Source: Lytechinus pictus (Eukaryota). From it: a stretch of DNA of 64,000 nucleotides. A program made the translations under genes and the position numbers. The notes beneath the pieces were generated by a model. It was given only the letters and a program-made list of their open reading frames with translations. It was not told the origin of the DNA and searched no databases. Shown here piece after piece: positions 1 to 12,765 of this stretch (within the stretch, counting starts at the first letter, position 1; the number at the start of each line of letters is the position of its first letter). Location: assembly GCF_037042905.1 (NCBI RefSeq), contig NC_087246.1:248001-312000 (forward strand), in the 5' to 3' direction.

Positions 1-852
1 TAGGTCTTACCCTAGGGTGTCTTGTTGTATGTGTTTGATATCTAAACTGAATCACATAGATTCTGATAAGGTCTTACCCTAGGGTGTCTTGTTGTATGTG
101 TTTGATATCTAAACTGAATCACATAGATTCTGATAAGGTCTTACCCTAGGGTGTCTTGTTGTATATGTTTGATATCTAAACTGAATCACATAGATTCTGA
201 TAAGGTCTTACCCTAGGGTGTCTTGTTGTATGTGTTTGATATCTAAACTGAATCACATAGATTCTGATTAGGTCTTACCCTAGGGTGTCTTGTTGTATGT
301 GTTTGATATCTAAACTGAATCACATAGATTCTGATTAGGTCTTACCCTAGGGTGTCTTGTTGTATGTGTTTGATATCTAAACTGAATCACATAGATTCTG
401 ATTAGGTCTTACCCTAGGGTGTCTTGTTGTATGTGTTTGATATCTAAACTGAATCACATAGATTCTGATAAGGTCTTACCCTAGGGTGTCTTGTTGTATG
501 TGTTTGATATCTAAACTGAATCACATAGATTCTGATTAGGTCTTACCCTAGGGTGTCTTGTTGTATGTGTTTGATATCTAAACTGAATCACATAGATTCT
601 GATAAGGTCTTACCCTAGGGTGTCTTGTTGTATGTGTTTGATATCTAAACTGAATCACATAGATTCTGATTAGGTCTTACCCTAGGGTGTCTTGTTGTAT
701 GTGTTTGATATCTAAACTGAATCACATAGATTCTGATAAGGTCTTACCCTAGGGTGTCTTGTTGTATGTGTTTGATATCTAAACTGAATCACATAGATTC
801 TGATAAGGTCTTACCCTAGGGTGTCTTGTTGTATGTGTTTGATATCTAAACT
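1..852. repeat. 67-bp minisatellite (about 12.7 copies visible) built from the NAA25 exon 13 3' end and donor site
   Basis: Unit taggtcttaccctagggtgtcttgttgtatgtgtttgatatctaaactgaatcacatagattctgat; copies nearly identical; truncated by the window edge. Confidence 0.98.
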
Positions 853-884
853 GGTGAAAAGCTCTGGGATGGGTCCAAACACAC
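815..884 (-). CDS. NAA25: NAA25 exon 13 (SVFGPIPELFTSLDIKHIQQDTLG); gene continues beyond the window
   Basis: CAG/GTAAGA, 70 nt, phase 1-2; LD.KHIQ.DT.G motif. Confidence 0.93.
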
Positions 885-1432
885 CTGACAAAAATAAGAG
901 AGAGAAAAAACATGAAAATCACTTTCTTATGAGCTGGCTTCAATCCTAGCTCTATTGCATTACCTCTTCAAATAAGTTTAGCCAACCTACTTTTTTTCTT
1001 TTCTTCATGGAGTAGCAGCACATATGTATTGAAATTTGACTTGGCTATCTTTAGCAAAACCAGTGTAGAAGTTGACCTACCCTTCCTGGGTCAAACTGCA
1101 CATGCTCAAAGTGAGGGAGAAATGGTGATTGTAGAGAGTCAATTAAACCCTGATTCTACAGTTACCATCATTTATGTAGGTGTTTTTAATTTAATCTAGT
1201 TAATGTCTCTTAAACAGAGCCTTGTAGTACCACAAGCACTGTAAGGTGAGACTGTGTGCTGTATAAATGTAAGTAGCCATTATTATTATAATATTTTAAT
1301 TACTATCATTATATTCATCATGAATGTGATCAGCTCATTCATTACACATTCATCTTTACATCAGAAAAATATCAATAAAGTTAGTTTCCATATATCTTTA
1401 GTTGTAATGGAATCATAACTGTCTTTACTTAC

Positions 1433-1543
1433 TCGCCAGACAGTAAAGTCTCATGAGTAAAAGTTTCATCTGACTGTTATTTTTGCTGTTTCTGATTCCC
1501 ATTTCTAGCATCATAATCATTTTCCATAAATGCCTGTCATCAT
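1433..1543 (-). CDS. NAA25: NAA25 exon 12 (DDDRHLWKMIMMLEMGIRNSKNNSQMKLLLMRLYCLA)
   Basis: CAG/GTAAGT, 111 nt, phase 1-1; N.Q.KLLL.R.YC motif. Confidence 0.93.
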
Positions 1544-2516
1544 CTGAAAAAACAAAATATCAAACATTGACTATTCAACATTCCATTCTAACTCACAGAA
1601 AAGCACTAATAGAGAATTCAAATACCAATATTATTCCTCCTGCAAATAATTAATGCTTTGCTTTTAAGAAATATGAAAATAATATTACATATATCTACGT
1701 GGAATATAATTATACAAGAGATCATTGCAACTTTCAAATAAACCATACAGCTGAAAATTAAAAAAATAATAATTCTTGAGAAACATTAGTTGAGGAGAAA
1801 AAGTGCAATGGATGGTTGTCTATTCAGTTTCAATGATAAATCATAACCCATTCATTGTGGATGTTCCATGGTTAAAACTCAATCTTGACCATATATTGTG
1901 TAAATGAAAATGTATGAAATGACATATTCTCAAAATCAAGAAAATTATTTTTTTATAATACCTTCAGTGTATTATTGTACAAAAAAATAAAGATGAAACA
2001 TTAAAAATTGAAAGTAATTAATTTCACATTACATAACGTATGGGGCAGCTGCTCGTATATGATTTCACAAATAAAAAATTGAAATTCTAATAACTTTCTT
2101 AATCTTTGATGGATTTTCCTCAAACCTTCACCAATGGTTGTCATTATTTTTTCTGGTATTTTTACATATAACTATAAGAAGCAGGAATTCTTATTCTTTT
2201 CTAGAATAGGCAGCTGATTTTATCATATTTTCATTCACATCATTGTAAGTTAATTTTTGGTATTTATTTTGATACCTTAAATGCTACAAATATATTGCAC
2301 ATAATTATGTAAATGTCAAAACGTCTTTGTGCAGAATAATTGGTCAAGATTTATTGAATGAGAAAGGAATGGCTCCTTAGCATTTACTTGATTTGTTAGA
2401 TGATTTCACTAAATCTCTGAATGACAATTAATATACATTGAAATTGAATTGAAAACATATTTGATGATCGTGATGTGTAAATTTAGGGGAAAGACTGCAG
2501 TATCAGGGATAAATTG

Positions 2517-3530
2517 ACTCACCAGTCAATTCCCATACATCTAATACTATACCGGAGATGTGTTAACTTGCCAGTCTATTCCCATCTCATAGTATACCAC
2601 AAGTGTGCTTACTCACCAGTCTATTCCCATACATCTCATAGTATACCGGAGATGTGCTTACTCACCAGTCTATTCCCATACATCTCATAGTATACAGGAG
2701 ATGTGTTTACTCACCAGTCTATTCCCATACATCTCATAGTATACCAGAGATGTGTTTACTCCCCAGTCTATTCCCATACATCTCATAGTATACCGGATAT
2801 GTGTTTACTCACCAGTCTATTCCCATACATCTCATAGTATACCGGAGATGTGTTTACTCACCAGTCTATTCCCATTCATCTCATAGTATACCGGAGATGT
2901 GCTTACTCACCAGTCTATTCCCATACATCTCATAGTATACAGGAGATGTGTTTACTCACCAGTCTATTCCCATACATCTCATAGTATACAGGAGATGTGT
3001 TTACTCACCAGTCTATTCCCATACATCTCATAGTATACCGGAGATGTGTTTACTCACCAGTCTATTCCCATACATCTCATAGTATACCGGAGATGTGTTT
3101 ACTCCCCAGTCTATTCCCATACATCTCATAGTATACAGGAGATGTGCTTACTCACCAGTCTATTCCCATACATATTCCCATACATCTCATAGTATACAGG
3201 AGATGTGTTTACTCACCAGTCTATTCCCATACATCTCATAGTATACAGGAGATGTGTTTACTCACCAGTCTATTCCCATACATCTCATAGTATACCAGAG
3301 ATGTGTTTACTCCCCAGTCTATTCCCATACATCTCATAGTATACCGGATATGTGTTTACTCACCAGTCTATTCCCATACATCTCATAGTATACCGGAGAT
3401 GTGTTTACTCACCAGTCTATTCCCATTCATCTCATAGTATACCACAGATGTGCTTACTCACCAGTCTATTCCCATACATCTCATAGTATACAGGAGATGT
3501 GTTAACTCACCAGTCTCTTCCCATACATCT
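2517..3530. repeat. 49-bp minisatellite (about 20 copies) built from the NAA25 exon 11 3' end and donor site
   Basis: Unit actcaccagtctattcccatacatctcatagtataccggagatgtgttt; the last copy overlaps exon 11. Confidence 0.97.
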
Positions 3531-3736
3531 AAAAGTATATGTACAGCTAATAAGAGGTAGTCATCTGCATATTGGTTATCAGCTGAGATGTTTCCCTCGG
3601 CAAACTGTAGACTTTGCCTGTGAGTGGCAGCCATCTCCATAGCAACATCAAGTTTCTCTGCCGAAGACAGACTAGACTGGATACCTAATCGTCTGCTCAA
3701 CTGAATAGTGCTAAGATGTCTTTGAAGACCCTTGAT
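3511..3736 (-). CDS. NAA25: NAA25 exon 11 (IKGLQRHLSTIQLSRRLG...DDYLLLAVHILLDVWEET)
   Basis: TAG/GTGAGT, 226 nt, phase 0-1; LLAVH.L.DVW.ET motif. Confidence 0.93.
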
Positions 3737-3847
3737 CTAAATGGGAAAACAAAACCATCAGCCCTAGAGCTGTAATGTTTCATGGCCAAATATATAAAAT
3801 AAGCACAGAGCAATTATAAAGCTCAAATTTTAAGCCCTTTATCATTT

Positions 3848-6030
3848 CAACAAGGCAAAAGCGATTTTGTGTCTCGCCCACTTCTGAAAATAACCAGAAA
3901 TATCGTGATTTCCGAGGGCACGCAACAGAATTGTATCAAAACTTCATTGTAAAATGATTGGGATGGAATAACACTTTTCATAAGAGTCTTGCACATAAAC
4001 CTTAACGTTGACCTGAAAATGACCTTTGACCTTACCATGTGACCTCCAACTGCAACATAACATGCAAGTCCCCCAAGTCCATCTACCATCCAAGTTTGGT
4101 TGAAAAGTGACTTACGGTTGCAGAGTTAGGTGTCATAGGAGTCTTGCATGTAAACTTTCACGTTGACCTGAAAATGACCTTTGACCTTACCATGTGACCT
4201 TCGACTGCAGGTCCCCAAAGTCCATCTACCATCCAAATTTGGTTTGAAATTGACTTACGGTTGCAGAGTTAGGTGTCATGGGAGAGTCTTGCATGTAAAT
4301 TTTAATGTTGACCTGAAAATGACCTTTGACCTTACCATGTGACCTCCGACTGCAGCATAACATGCAGGTCCCCCAAGTCCATTTACCATCCAAGTTTGCT
4401 TGAAAAGTGACTAACGGTTGCGGAGTTAGGTGTCATAAGAGAGTCTTGCATGTAAACTTGAACGTTGACCTGAAAATGACCTTTGACCTTACCATGTGAC
4501 CTCTGACCGCGGCATAACATGCAGATCCCCCAAGTCCATCTACCATCCAAGTTTGGTTGAAAAGTAACTTACGGTTGTGGAGTTAGGTGTCATAAGAGTC
4601 TTGCATGTAAACTTTAACGTTGACCTGAAAATGACCTTTGACCTTACCATGTGACCTCCGACTGCAGCATAACATGCAGATCCCCAAGTCCATCTACCAT
4701 CCAAGTTTGGTTGAAAAGTAACTTACGGTTGCGGAATTAGGTGTCATAAGAGTCTTGCATGTAAACTTTAACGTTGACATGAAAATGACCTTTGACCTTA
4801 CCATGTGACCTCCGACTGCAGCATAACATGCAGGTCCCCCAAGTCCATTTACCAATCAAGTTTGCTTGAAAAGTGACTAACGGTTGCGGAGTAAGGTGTC
4901 ATAAGAGAGTCTTGCATGTAAACTTGAACGTTGACCTGAAAATGACCTTTGATCCTACCATGTGACCTCCAACTGCAGCATTACATGCAGGTCCCCCAAG
5001 TCCATCTACCATTCAAACTTGGTTGAAATGTGACTTACGGTTGCGGAGTTAGGTGTCATAAGAAAGTCTTGCATGTAAACTTTGGATGGTAGATGGACTT
5101 GGGGGATCTGCATGTTATGCTGCGGTCGGAGGTCACATGGTAAGGCCAAAGGTCATTTTCAGGTCAACGTTAAAGTTTACATGCAAGACTCTTAACCCTA
5201 AAAAGACTGGGGGGGCTGATTCAGCAACCCCCCCTCGACATTTTTCGCGATAAATCTGTAACGCGAAAAGCTGGCGCCGCGCCATTCCATGACTTTTTTC
5301 ATTCAAGTCTTGCGCAACTTTTGAGACCAAATTTGCGACGCCGAAATTACGCAACATTTTGTGAGTGCATGGTGACCCGAAATTGCTCAAAAACGTGAAT
5401 TTGTGTACAAATCCAATACAAATTGTGTTTTTAGCCAAAATTCATAAATGCATCATTATTTTCAATTTTGTTTATGGTCAAAATAAAGTAGCGGACGATT
5501 TCCATTGAAAAAACAATAAAAAACAATAAGTAGAAAAACAGAGAAATACATAAGAAATTTTAAAAACAATAAAATACATAAGAAAAGAATTGTGATATTG
5601 AATTTTTTTTAAAGTACATTTGATCAGAATCCTTCAAAGAGTCTGTAAATTAAAAATTAGCAGTTTATAGGCCTTATTTAGTTAATTAGAGCAAATCTTT
5701 GATTTTACGCATAAATTAGCATAATTAATGAATTATGCGATTTTTCGGAAAATTTGATCCTACATCCTTGGAGATCATGCCATGGGTATTGCCCGTGCCA
5801 ATTTTCGTCGCGATCGCGCGGTTGACGGCCGAGATCATAGGGGGGGGGGCTGAATCAGGCCCCCCCCCCCCTCCCGTCTTCTTAGACAGCAAAATAGCCC
5901 AGTCTATTTAGGGTTAAGAGAGTTTTGCATGTAAACTTTAACATTGACCTGAAAATGACCTTTGACCTTACCATGTAACCTCCATTTGGATCCGTAAGTC
6001 TCCCCTTCACCTCTGGTGGGCGAGACAATA
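3848..6030. mobile_element. Non-autonomous Helentron/DINE-like element with an internal ~155-bp tandem array
   Basis: Subterminal inverted repeat tgtctcgccca (~3869) / tgggcgagaca (~6017); about 7 gacctttgacc-containing units; interrupted at 5196-5913. Confidence 0.65.
5196..5913. mobile_element. piggyBac-like MITE, copy 1
   Basis: TTAA|CCCTAAA...TTTAGGG|TTAA; internal gggggctgattcagcccccc palindromes. Confidence 0.85.
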
Positions 6031-6216
6031 AGACAATAATTATTAGAAGAAAATACAGCATTTCCCAAATAATTAGCTTACAACATCATTAATGCAGTGA
6101 TGTATGAAGGGAAATGATCATTAAAGGAGTGGTCATTGACCTATGCTACTTTCACTCTAAACTTGCCAAATATAATTTGTGCAAAATTCAAGAAATTGAA
6201 GAAAATGAATCATTAA

Positions 6217-8256
6217 AGGACAAGTCCACCCCAACAAAAAGGTTGATTTGAAAAAAAGGAGAAAAATCAAACAAGCAAAACACTGAAAATTTTATCAAAA
6301 TCGGATGTAAAATAAGAAAGTTATGACATTTTAAAATTTCGCTTAATTTCACAAAACAGTTATATGCACATCCTGGTCGGTATGCAAATTGGCAGACTGA
6401 TGACGTCATCCACTCACTATTTTTTTTGTATTTTATTATATGAAATATGAAATATTCTAATTTTCTCCTCCTTGTCAAGTGAAACAGTGATCAATTTCTC
6501 CCTGAACATGTGGAATTAGCATTGTTTAACCCTAAATAGACTGGGCTATTTCGATGCCTAAGAAGACTGGGGGGGCTGATTCAGCCCCCCCCTATGATCT
6601 CGGCCGTCGATCGCGCGATCGCGACGAAAATTGGCACACGTGTTACCCATGGCATTATCTACAAAACTATCATATCAAATTCTGCAAAAAATCTCATGTC
6701 TCATTAATTATGCTAATTTATGCGTAAAATCATAAGTTTGCTCTAATTAATAAAATAATGCCCCTGAAATGCTCATTTTTGTTTCACATACTCTAGATAG
6801 GCATCTGATCAAATTTATTTTTAAAAAATTTCAACATCACATTTATTTTCTTATGTATTCTATTGTTTTCTAAATTTCTTATGTATTTCTTTGTTTTTCG
6901 ACTTTTTGTTTTTTCAATGGAAATTGTCGGGGACTTTACTTCGACCATAAAATAGATAAAATTAATTGATTTTAAGCAGTAAAAGGAAAAATAATGATAC
7001 ATTTATGAATTTTGGTTAAAAACACTATTTGCATTGGATTTATACACAAATTCACGTTTTTGAGTAATTTTGGGTCTGCATGCACTTACGAAATGTTGCG
7101 TGATTTCGGAACCGCGTACCCGGGGGTCACAATTTTGGTCTCAAAAGTTGCGAGAGACTTGAAGGTAAAAAGTCAGCGAGCGACGCGGTCAAAAAATTTT
7201 GCGTGGCGGATTTATCGCGAAAAATGTCGAGGGGGGGGCTGAATCAGCCCCCCCCAGTCTTTTTAGGGTTAATACTATATGATTCAGTCAAGTCGGTCCC
7301 TATGGTCAAATCTGTAAAAAATGAAATATTGTTTAATTCAAACAATAAAAAACAAAAGAAATAGTGAGTGATGGACATCATCGACTGAGTCATTTGCATG
7401 TCACAGAGTTGTGCATATCACTGTTTTGTGAAAAATAAGCGAAACTTTAAAATGCCATAACTTTCTTATTTTACATCCAATTTTGATGAAATTTTCAGCA
7501 CTATGCTAGTTTGATTTTTCTCTATTTATTCAAGTCAGCTTTTTCCTGGGGTGGACTTGACCTTTAAATTCGCGGCCTATTGGCAATTCGCGAAATCCGC
7601 GAAAATAACAGCTCATACAGTACATGAAATGTATATACAGAGAAGGCTTAATTACAATACAATTTTGCTCTTTATCAAGCCTGTTGACAGAATTTTCAAT
7701 TACAGGGTTCAATCTCTTCTCTTTTCTCTTCTACTTTCCCTCCAATTTATTTTGCTTTTGATAATTTCAGGAGTTCAATAGAACACACCTCCCTTGGCTA
7801 AAGGCTTGTATATGCACAAATGATTCCATCAAACATATCGATGCTGCAGGCCTACTGCATTTCTTGACCTACATATGTTTTAGTTACTAATACTATTTCA
7901 TTTTCAGATTGTGGTGGTTTTTTTTTGGGTTTTTTTAAAGATGCATAATAGATTACCAAAGTGAACTGAGATATGCATTGGAGTCTTTAGAGATAAATTC
8001 ATGTAAGTTGAATTAATTAATGCGTCATTAACATTATCTTCAAGTTTGATATTTCAGAATGGAAATGAGGGGGACTTGAAAGAAGTGGGTAGGTTAACCC
8101 ATAGAGCAGCCATAGAGGAATTTTTTTTTTTTTAATACTAGCAATCATAATATGGAACATGATTAAATCAAGGTGGTAGTCTCCCCTATTATGTTATGCT
8201 AGTTTGATTTTTCTCTATTTATTCAAATCAACATTTTTGGGGGGTGGACTTGACCT
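6217..8256. mobile_element. Kolobok-like MITE family A, composite copy with two right ends (7563 and 8256)
   Basis: TTAA|AGGACAAGTCCACCCC ... GGGGTGGACTTGACCT|TTAA. Confidence 0.8.
6530..7268. mobile_element. piggyBac-like MITE, copy 2 (opposite orientation), nested in a Kolobok-like MITE
   Basis: TTAA TSD at 6526-29 and 7269-72; the empty site cattgtTTAAtactata is present in the host copy near 21945. Confidence 0.9.
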
Positions 8257-8258
8257 TT

Positions 8259-9400
8259 AACAAGTGGAGCGCCTCTGGCAGTCTCGCCTACATTACACGA
8301 TTCAGTATAGCAGCAGTGCTGACTTTGAAAACGAATAAAGAATAATTATTCACAAAAACACCATTCATATGATGATAAAATACTATGTTCATTGACCCTC
8401 AATGACATTTGACCTTGATCGTGTGACTGAAGACTTGTGCAAGACACTTAGTGATACCCGATTACCCTTATGTCACAATTCATGAACTAGATCTATAACC
8501 TTTCAAAGTTATAATGGCAATTCAACAAATACCCCCAACACAGACAAATTTATTGACCTTGGTCATGTGACCTAAAACTCACAAAGGATATTCAATGATG
8601 CTTGATTACTCTTATGTTTAAGTTTCATGAACCGGATCCAAAAATGTTCAAAGGTATGATGGAAATCAACATATACCCACAACATGGCAGAAGTTCATTG
8701 ACCCTAAATAACTTTGACCTTGGCATGTGACCTGAAACTCAGGCAGGATATTCAGTAATACTTGATTACCCTTACAGTGTATGTCCAAGTTTTATGAACT
8801 AGGTCCATATACTTTCAGAGTTATGACATTTAAAAACTTAACCTTGGTTAAAATTTTGTTTTGACCCCCCCCCCACCCACATGTAAGTTCATTGACCCTA
8901 GATAACATTTGACCTTGTTCATGTGACCTGAAACCCACAAAGGATGTTCAGTGATACTTGATTGTACTCTAATGTCTAAGTTTCATTAACCAGATAAAAA
9001 AAAATCAAAGTTACATGTATGATGGAAATCAACAAATACCCCTAACATGGCAAAGAGTTAATTGACCCTATAACCTTTGACCTTGGCATGTGACCTGAAA
9101 TTCAGGCAAGATGTTCAGTAATACTTGATTACCTTATGTCCAATTTTTTTTAACTAGGTCCATATACATTTTAAGTTATGATGACATATCAAAAAGATTT
9201 TGATGTTGATTCTCCCAACATGGACTAAGTTCATTGACCCTAAATGACCTTTGACCTTGGTCACGTGACCTCAAACTCTGACAAAATTTTCAGTAACACT
9301 TGATTATGTCTAAGTTTCATGACTTAGGCCCATATACTTTCTAAGTTATGATGACATTTCAAAGAGTTAACCTTTAGTTAAGATTTGATGTTGACAACAA
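8259..9400. mobile_element. Helentron-like family 2, 3'-truncated copy
   Basis: Starts aacaagtggagcgcctctggcagtctcgcct; tandem tgacctttgaccttggtcatgtgacc units. Confidence 0.7.
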
Positions 9401-9645
9401 GACTTTGTTTCTGAATCTTTATGAACATCAATTTCATTGGTTTAATTGCAAGATAATCTCTTGAGAGATAGGATTCCAAATTCTAAAAATGTTCTTATAC
9501 TTCAAAAAGGAGGTATATATGCCATTTCAAGGGGAGACTATCTAGTTTGATGCAGCATTAGTTCAGGTATGTTCTCTCATTTCCTGATATTAATAGTTTA
9601 TACCCCAGCAATATCATCCATTTTTTTTATAAATCAGTGACTTAC

Positions 9646-9827
9646 AGATGTAGCTATTGAGAGACCCTCCTCTTCATCTAAAGGCAAACGATCCTCAACC
9701 AAACTCTGTGTAAAGATAGCTCCATCCTCATCACCAAGGAGATCGGTGTATCTGCTCAAATCACTATAGCAACAAAACTTAGCACCAAAGATAGAGTGGT
9801 AGTGTCTGATGTGATCTTGAGCTGAAC
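9646..9827 (-). CDS. NAA25: NAA25 exon 10 (GSAQDHIRHYHSIFGAKFCCYSDLSRYTDLL...SIATS)
   Basis: CAG/GTAAGT, 182 nt, phase 1-0; FG.K.CC..DL motif. Confidence 0.93.
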
Positions 9828-11286
9828 CTGAAAAACAAAGAATTGAAAAAGTGCACGGCCTTGAACCATCCCACTGATCTTGAATGGCCTGGAACTATTT
9901 CTCTATTTCTCTATTTGCTTTCTTGTTAGCAGGAAATCTATAAAAATCCTTAATCAATTTTTATCAAAATATTCCCAGGTAAGGGGACTACTGTCATGTG
10001 TATGAAACAAGTGCAAGGTCATCAGGTAATGATGACATAATCCAGGTGCCATTTTGTTAAATCACATCTTCATTATCAATGATCAAAAATCAATCATATG
10101 TACATCATATAAGCTCAGGTCAAGGGTCAACTGTCCCATGTCATTATAGGTCATGTAGAGGACATGATGCACGCATATGCGCGTCAAATTTTAAAATGCT
10201 TAAAATCACTTATTGACCAAATTAGAGTACGTTTAAGGCACTTTAAGCATTTCAAATGTGCACGCGAAACACTAACGCAACATAAAATTTAAATTTTCTT
10301 AAATTTGATAACATAATTCTGAGCACTTTGATACAGATCTTCATCAGCTCTGTATGACCACTAATACTGGAATGAGCATTCACCAAAGTGTGCAGCAGGC
10401 ACATGCACAGGTGCTCCCACTATAATAGACCATATATATGGGCAAAAAATATGCCTATTGAAATCTCACTGTCTCTTAAGAATGAGCAAGGATCCTCATT
10501 TTTTTCTTCATATTTGGTTAGAGTATGAATCAAAGATATGGTTTCATTTGATCATAAATCATATGACGTCATCAAAATGGTGGAAGTCAAATTTCCCTTT
10601 TTTCGTGTTATGACGTCACCATGATTTCACAAATTTTACTCTTAAATGTTGGTATATTTTTGAACAATTTTCCATCTGTAGTAGCTGCGCCAATACTCTG
10701 TCCAAGTGTTACCTTTAATACTTATTTTGAGAAAGAGATCATCCAAAAACATTGCAATTTATAAAGGCATATCCTTTTGCTCATTTTGCGTTCAATCTCT
10801 AAGACTATGAGAGTAAAATTTTTCTCAAAACTGGATTCGACATTTTTGAGCAAATATCTCCACTAATTCTCGTCTGTTTTCGCGTAGCTTTGGGTATATT
10901 GTAGCTGATACTCTAAGCTTTCAGGACCGTCACCTACTTTCTTTTATCAGATGACGGGATCATGCCCGTATTTGCAAAAATAGATTTTGGCATTTGTTTT
11001 CTTGCTTATGTGTTATCTCTGGGGAAAATTGTGGCAGAATAGATAACCAGGCATGATATTCCCCTCTGAAAAAAAAATCTAAAATAAATAGCCAAGGGTC
11101 GCTAAGTCACCGCCAAAGTCAGAGGCGCCCCGTTCGGAGTTACAAGCTCTTGCTTAGTAAAAAAATCAAAAGTGATTTTTAAAGGTGAGTCTGCAGGATA
11201 GTTTTATCATTTGACTTTAAGAAGAAATAAAAACAGCATGAGAGTGTTCTCGGGCAAAGGATTTTACTATAAAAAAATAAAAATAA

Positions 11287-12340
11287 ACAAGTGGAACGCC
11301 TCTGGCAGTTTCACCTGCATTACGCGATTTGATATAGCAGCAGTGCTGACTTTGAAAACAGCTTTGAAGTAATTATTCTCAAAAGAAAACACTCATATGA
11401 TAATAAAATACTATGTCCATTGACCCAACATGACCTTTGACCATGATCATGTGACCTAAGACATGTGCAAAACAATAATTCATACTTGATTACCCTTATG
11501 TCTATGTTTCATGAACTACATGTGTAGATCCATAGACTTTCTAAGTTATGCCAATTCAACGAATACCCCCAACACACCCAAAGTTCAATGACCTGAAATG
11601 ACCTTTGATTTTGGTCATGTGACCAGAAACAAGCACAAGATATTCAGGGATACATGGTTACTCTTATGTCCCAAGTTTCATAAACTAGATCTATAAACTT
11701 TATAGTTATGACAATTCCACATATACCCCCAACATTATCAAAGTTTGTTAACCCTAAATGACCTTTGACCTAGGTCATGTGACCTGAAACTCGCACAGGA
11801 TGTTCAGGGATACTTAATTGCTCTTATGTCTAAGTTTCATGAACTAGACCATAAAATGTCAAAGTTATGATCACAAATTCCCCCAACATTGTCAAAGTTT
11901 GTTGACCCTAAGTGACCTTTGACCTTGGTCAAGTGACCTGAAACTCAGGCAGGATCTTCAGTGATACACTGTCCAATTTTCATGAACTAGGTCCATATAC
12001 TTTGGAAGTTAATTTAAACTTAACCTTGGTTAAGATTTCGATATTGATTCCCCCAACATGGTCTATAAAGTTCATTGACCCTAAATGACCTTTTACCTTG
12101 GTCATGTAACCTGAAACTCGGACAGGATGTTCAGTAATACTTCAGGATGTTCGGTAATACTTGATTAACCTTATGTCTAAGTTTCATGAACTAGGTCCAT
12201 CTCTCTAAGTTATGACATGTAAAAAAACTTAACCTTGGTTAAGATTTCAATGTTGATGACACCGTTGTCTTCGTCGCCGTCGCCAAAGCCGTCAGAAAAG
12301 CGGCGCCTAGTCTCGCTCTGCTTTGCAGGCGAGACAAAAA
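11287..12340. mobile_element. Helentron-like family 2, full copy
   Basis: Same 5' end; terminal hairpin gtctcgctctgctttgcaggcgagac followed by aaaaa. Confidence 0.75.
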
Positions 12341-12765
12341 TTGAAGAAAAAAACCTGAAAAAAAAATTATTAAAAAAAATCGAAATTCTGATTTTAATTG
12401 GGAGAATATCATGCCTGGATAATGCACTTCACTTGCTTTCTGAAGTTCTGCAGTTCGAGTCCAAGGGTGATTTTTTTTTTTCCTTTTTAGGTATAAAAGT
12501 AAAAATATTGCGACTTAAAACAGATTACAATCAATTTTTTTCATATCACTACTATCATTTATATGAAATAAGACCCTTCCACACATCTATTTTATTTCTC
12601 TTCTTTCACAAGTACCGGTAGTCTATACACAAAGAAAGTCCAGTTTTAAATATGATGGTCATATTAATATGCATGAACCTGATTGGGATCCTGATAATGA
12701 AAATCAAGGGATTAAAGTGAATACATCACAGCACTTGCTATTCATGAAGATTGTGGAAATCTTAC

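Noticed and set aside
1..3530. Tandem arrays as CRISPR arrays
   Set aside because: No unique spacers, no cas genes, eukaryotic intronic context; the units derive from NAA25 exon ends.
3458..3700. Standalone 80-aa protein
   Set aside because: It is NAA25 exon 11 read through into the intronic repeat.
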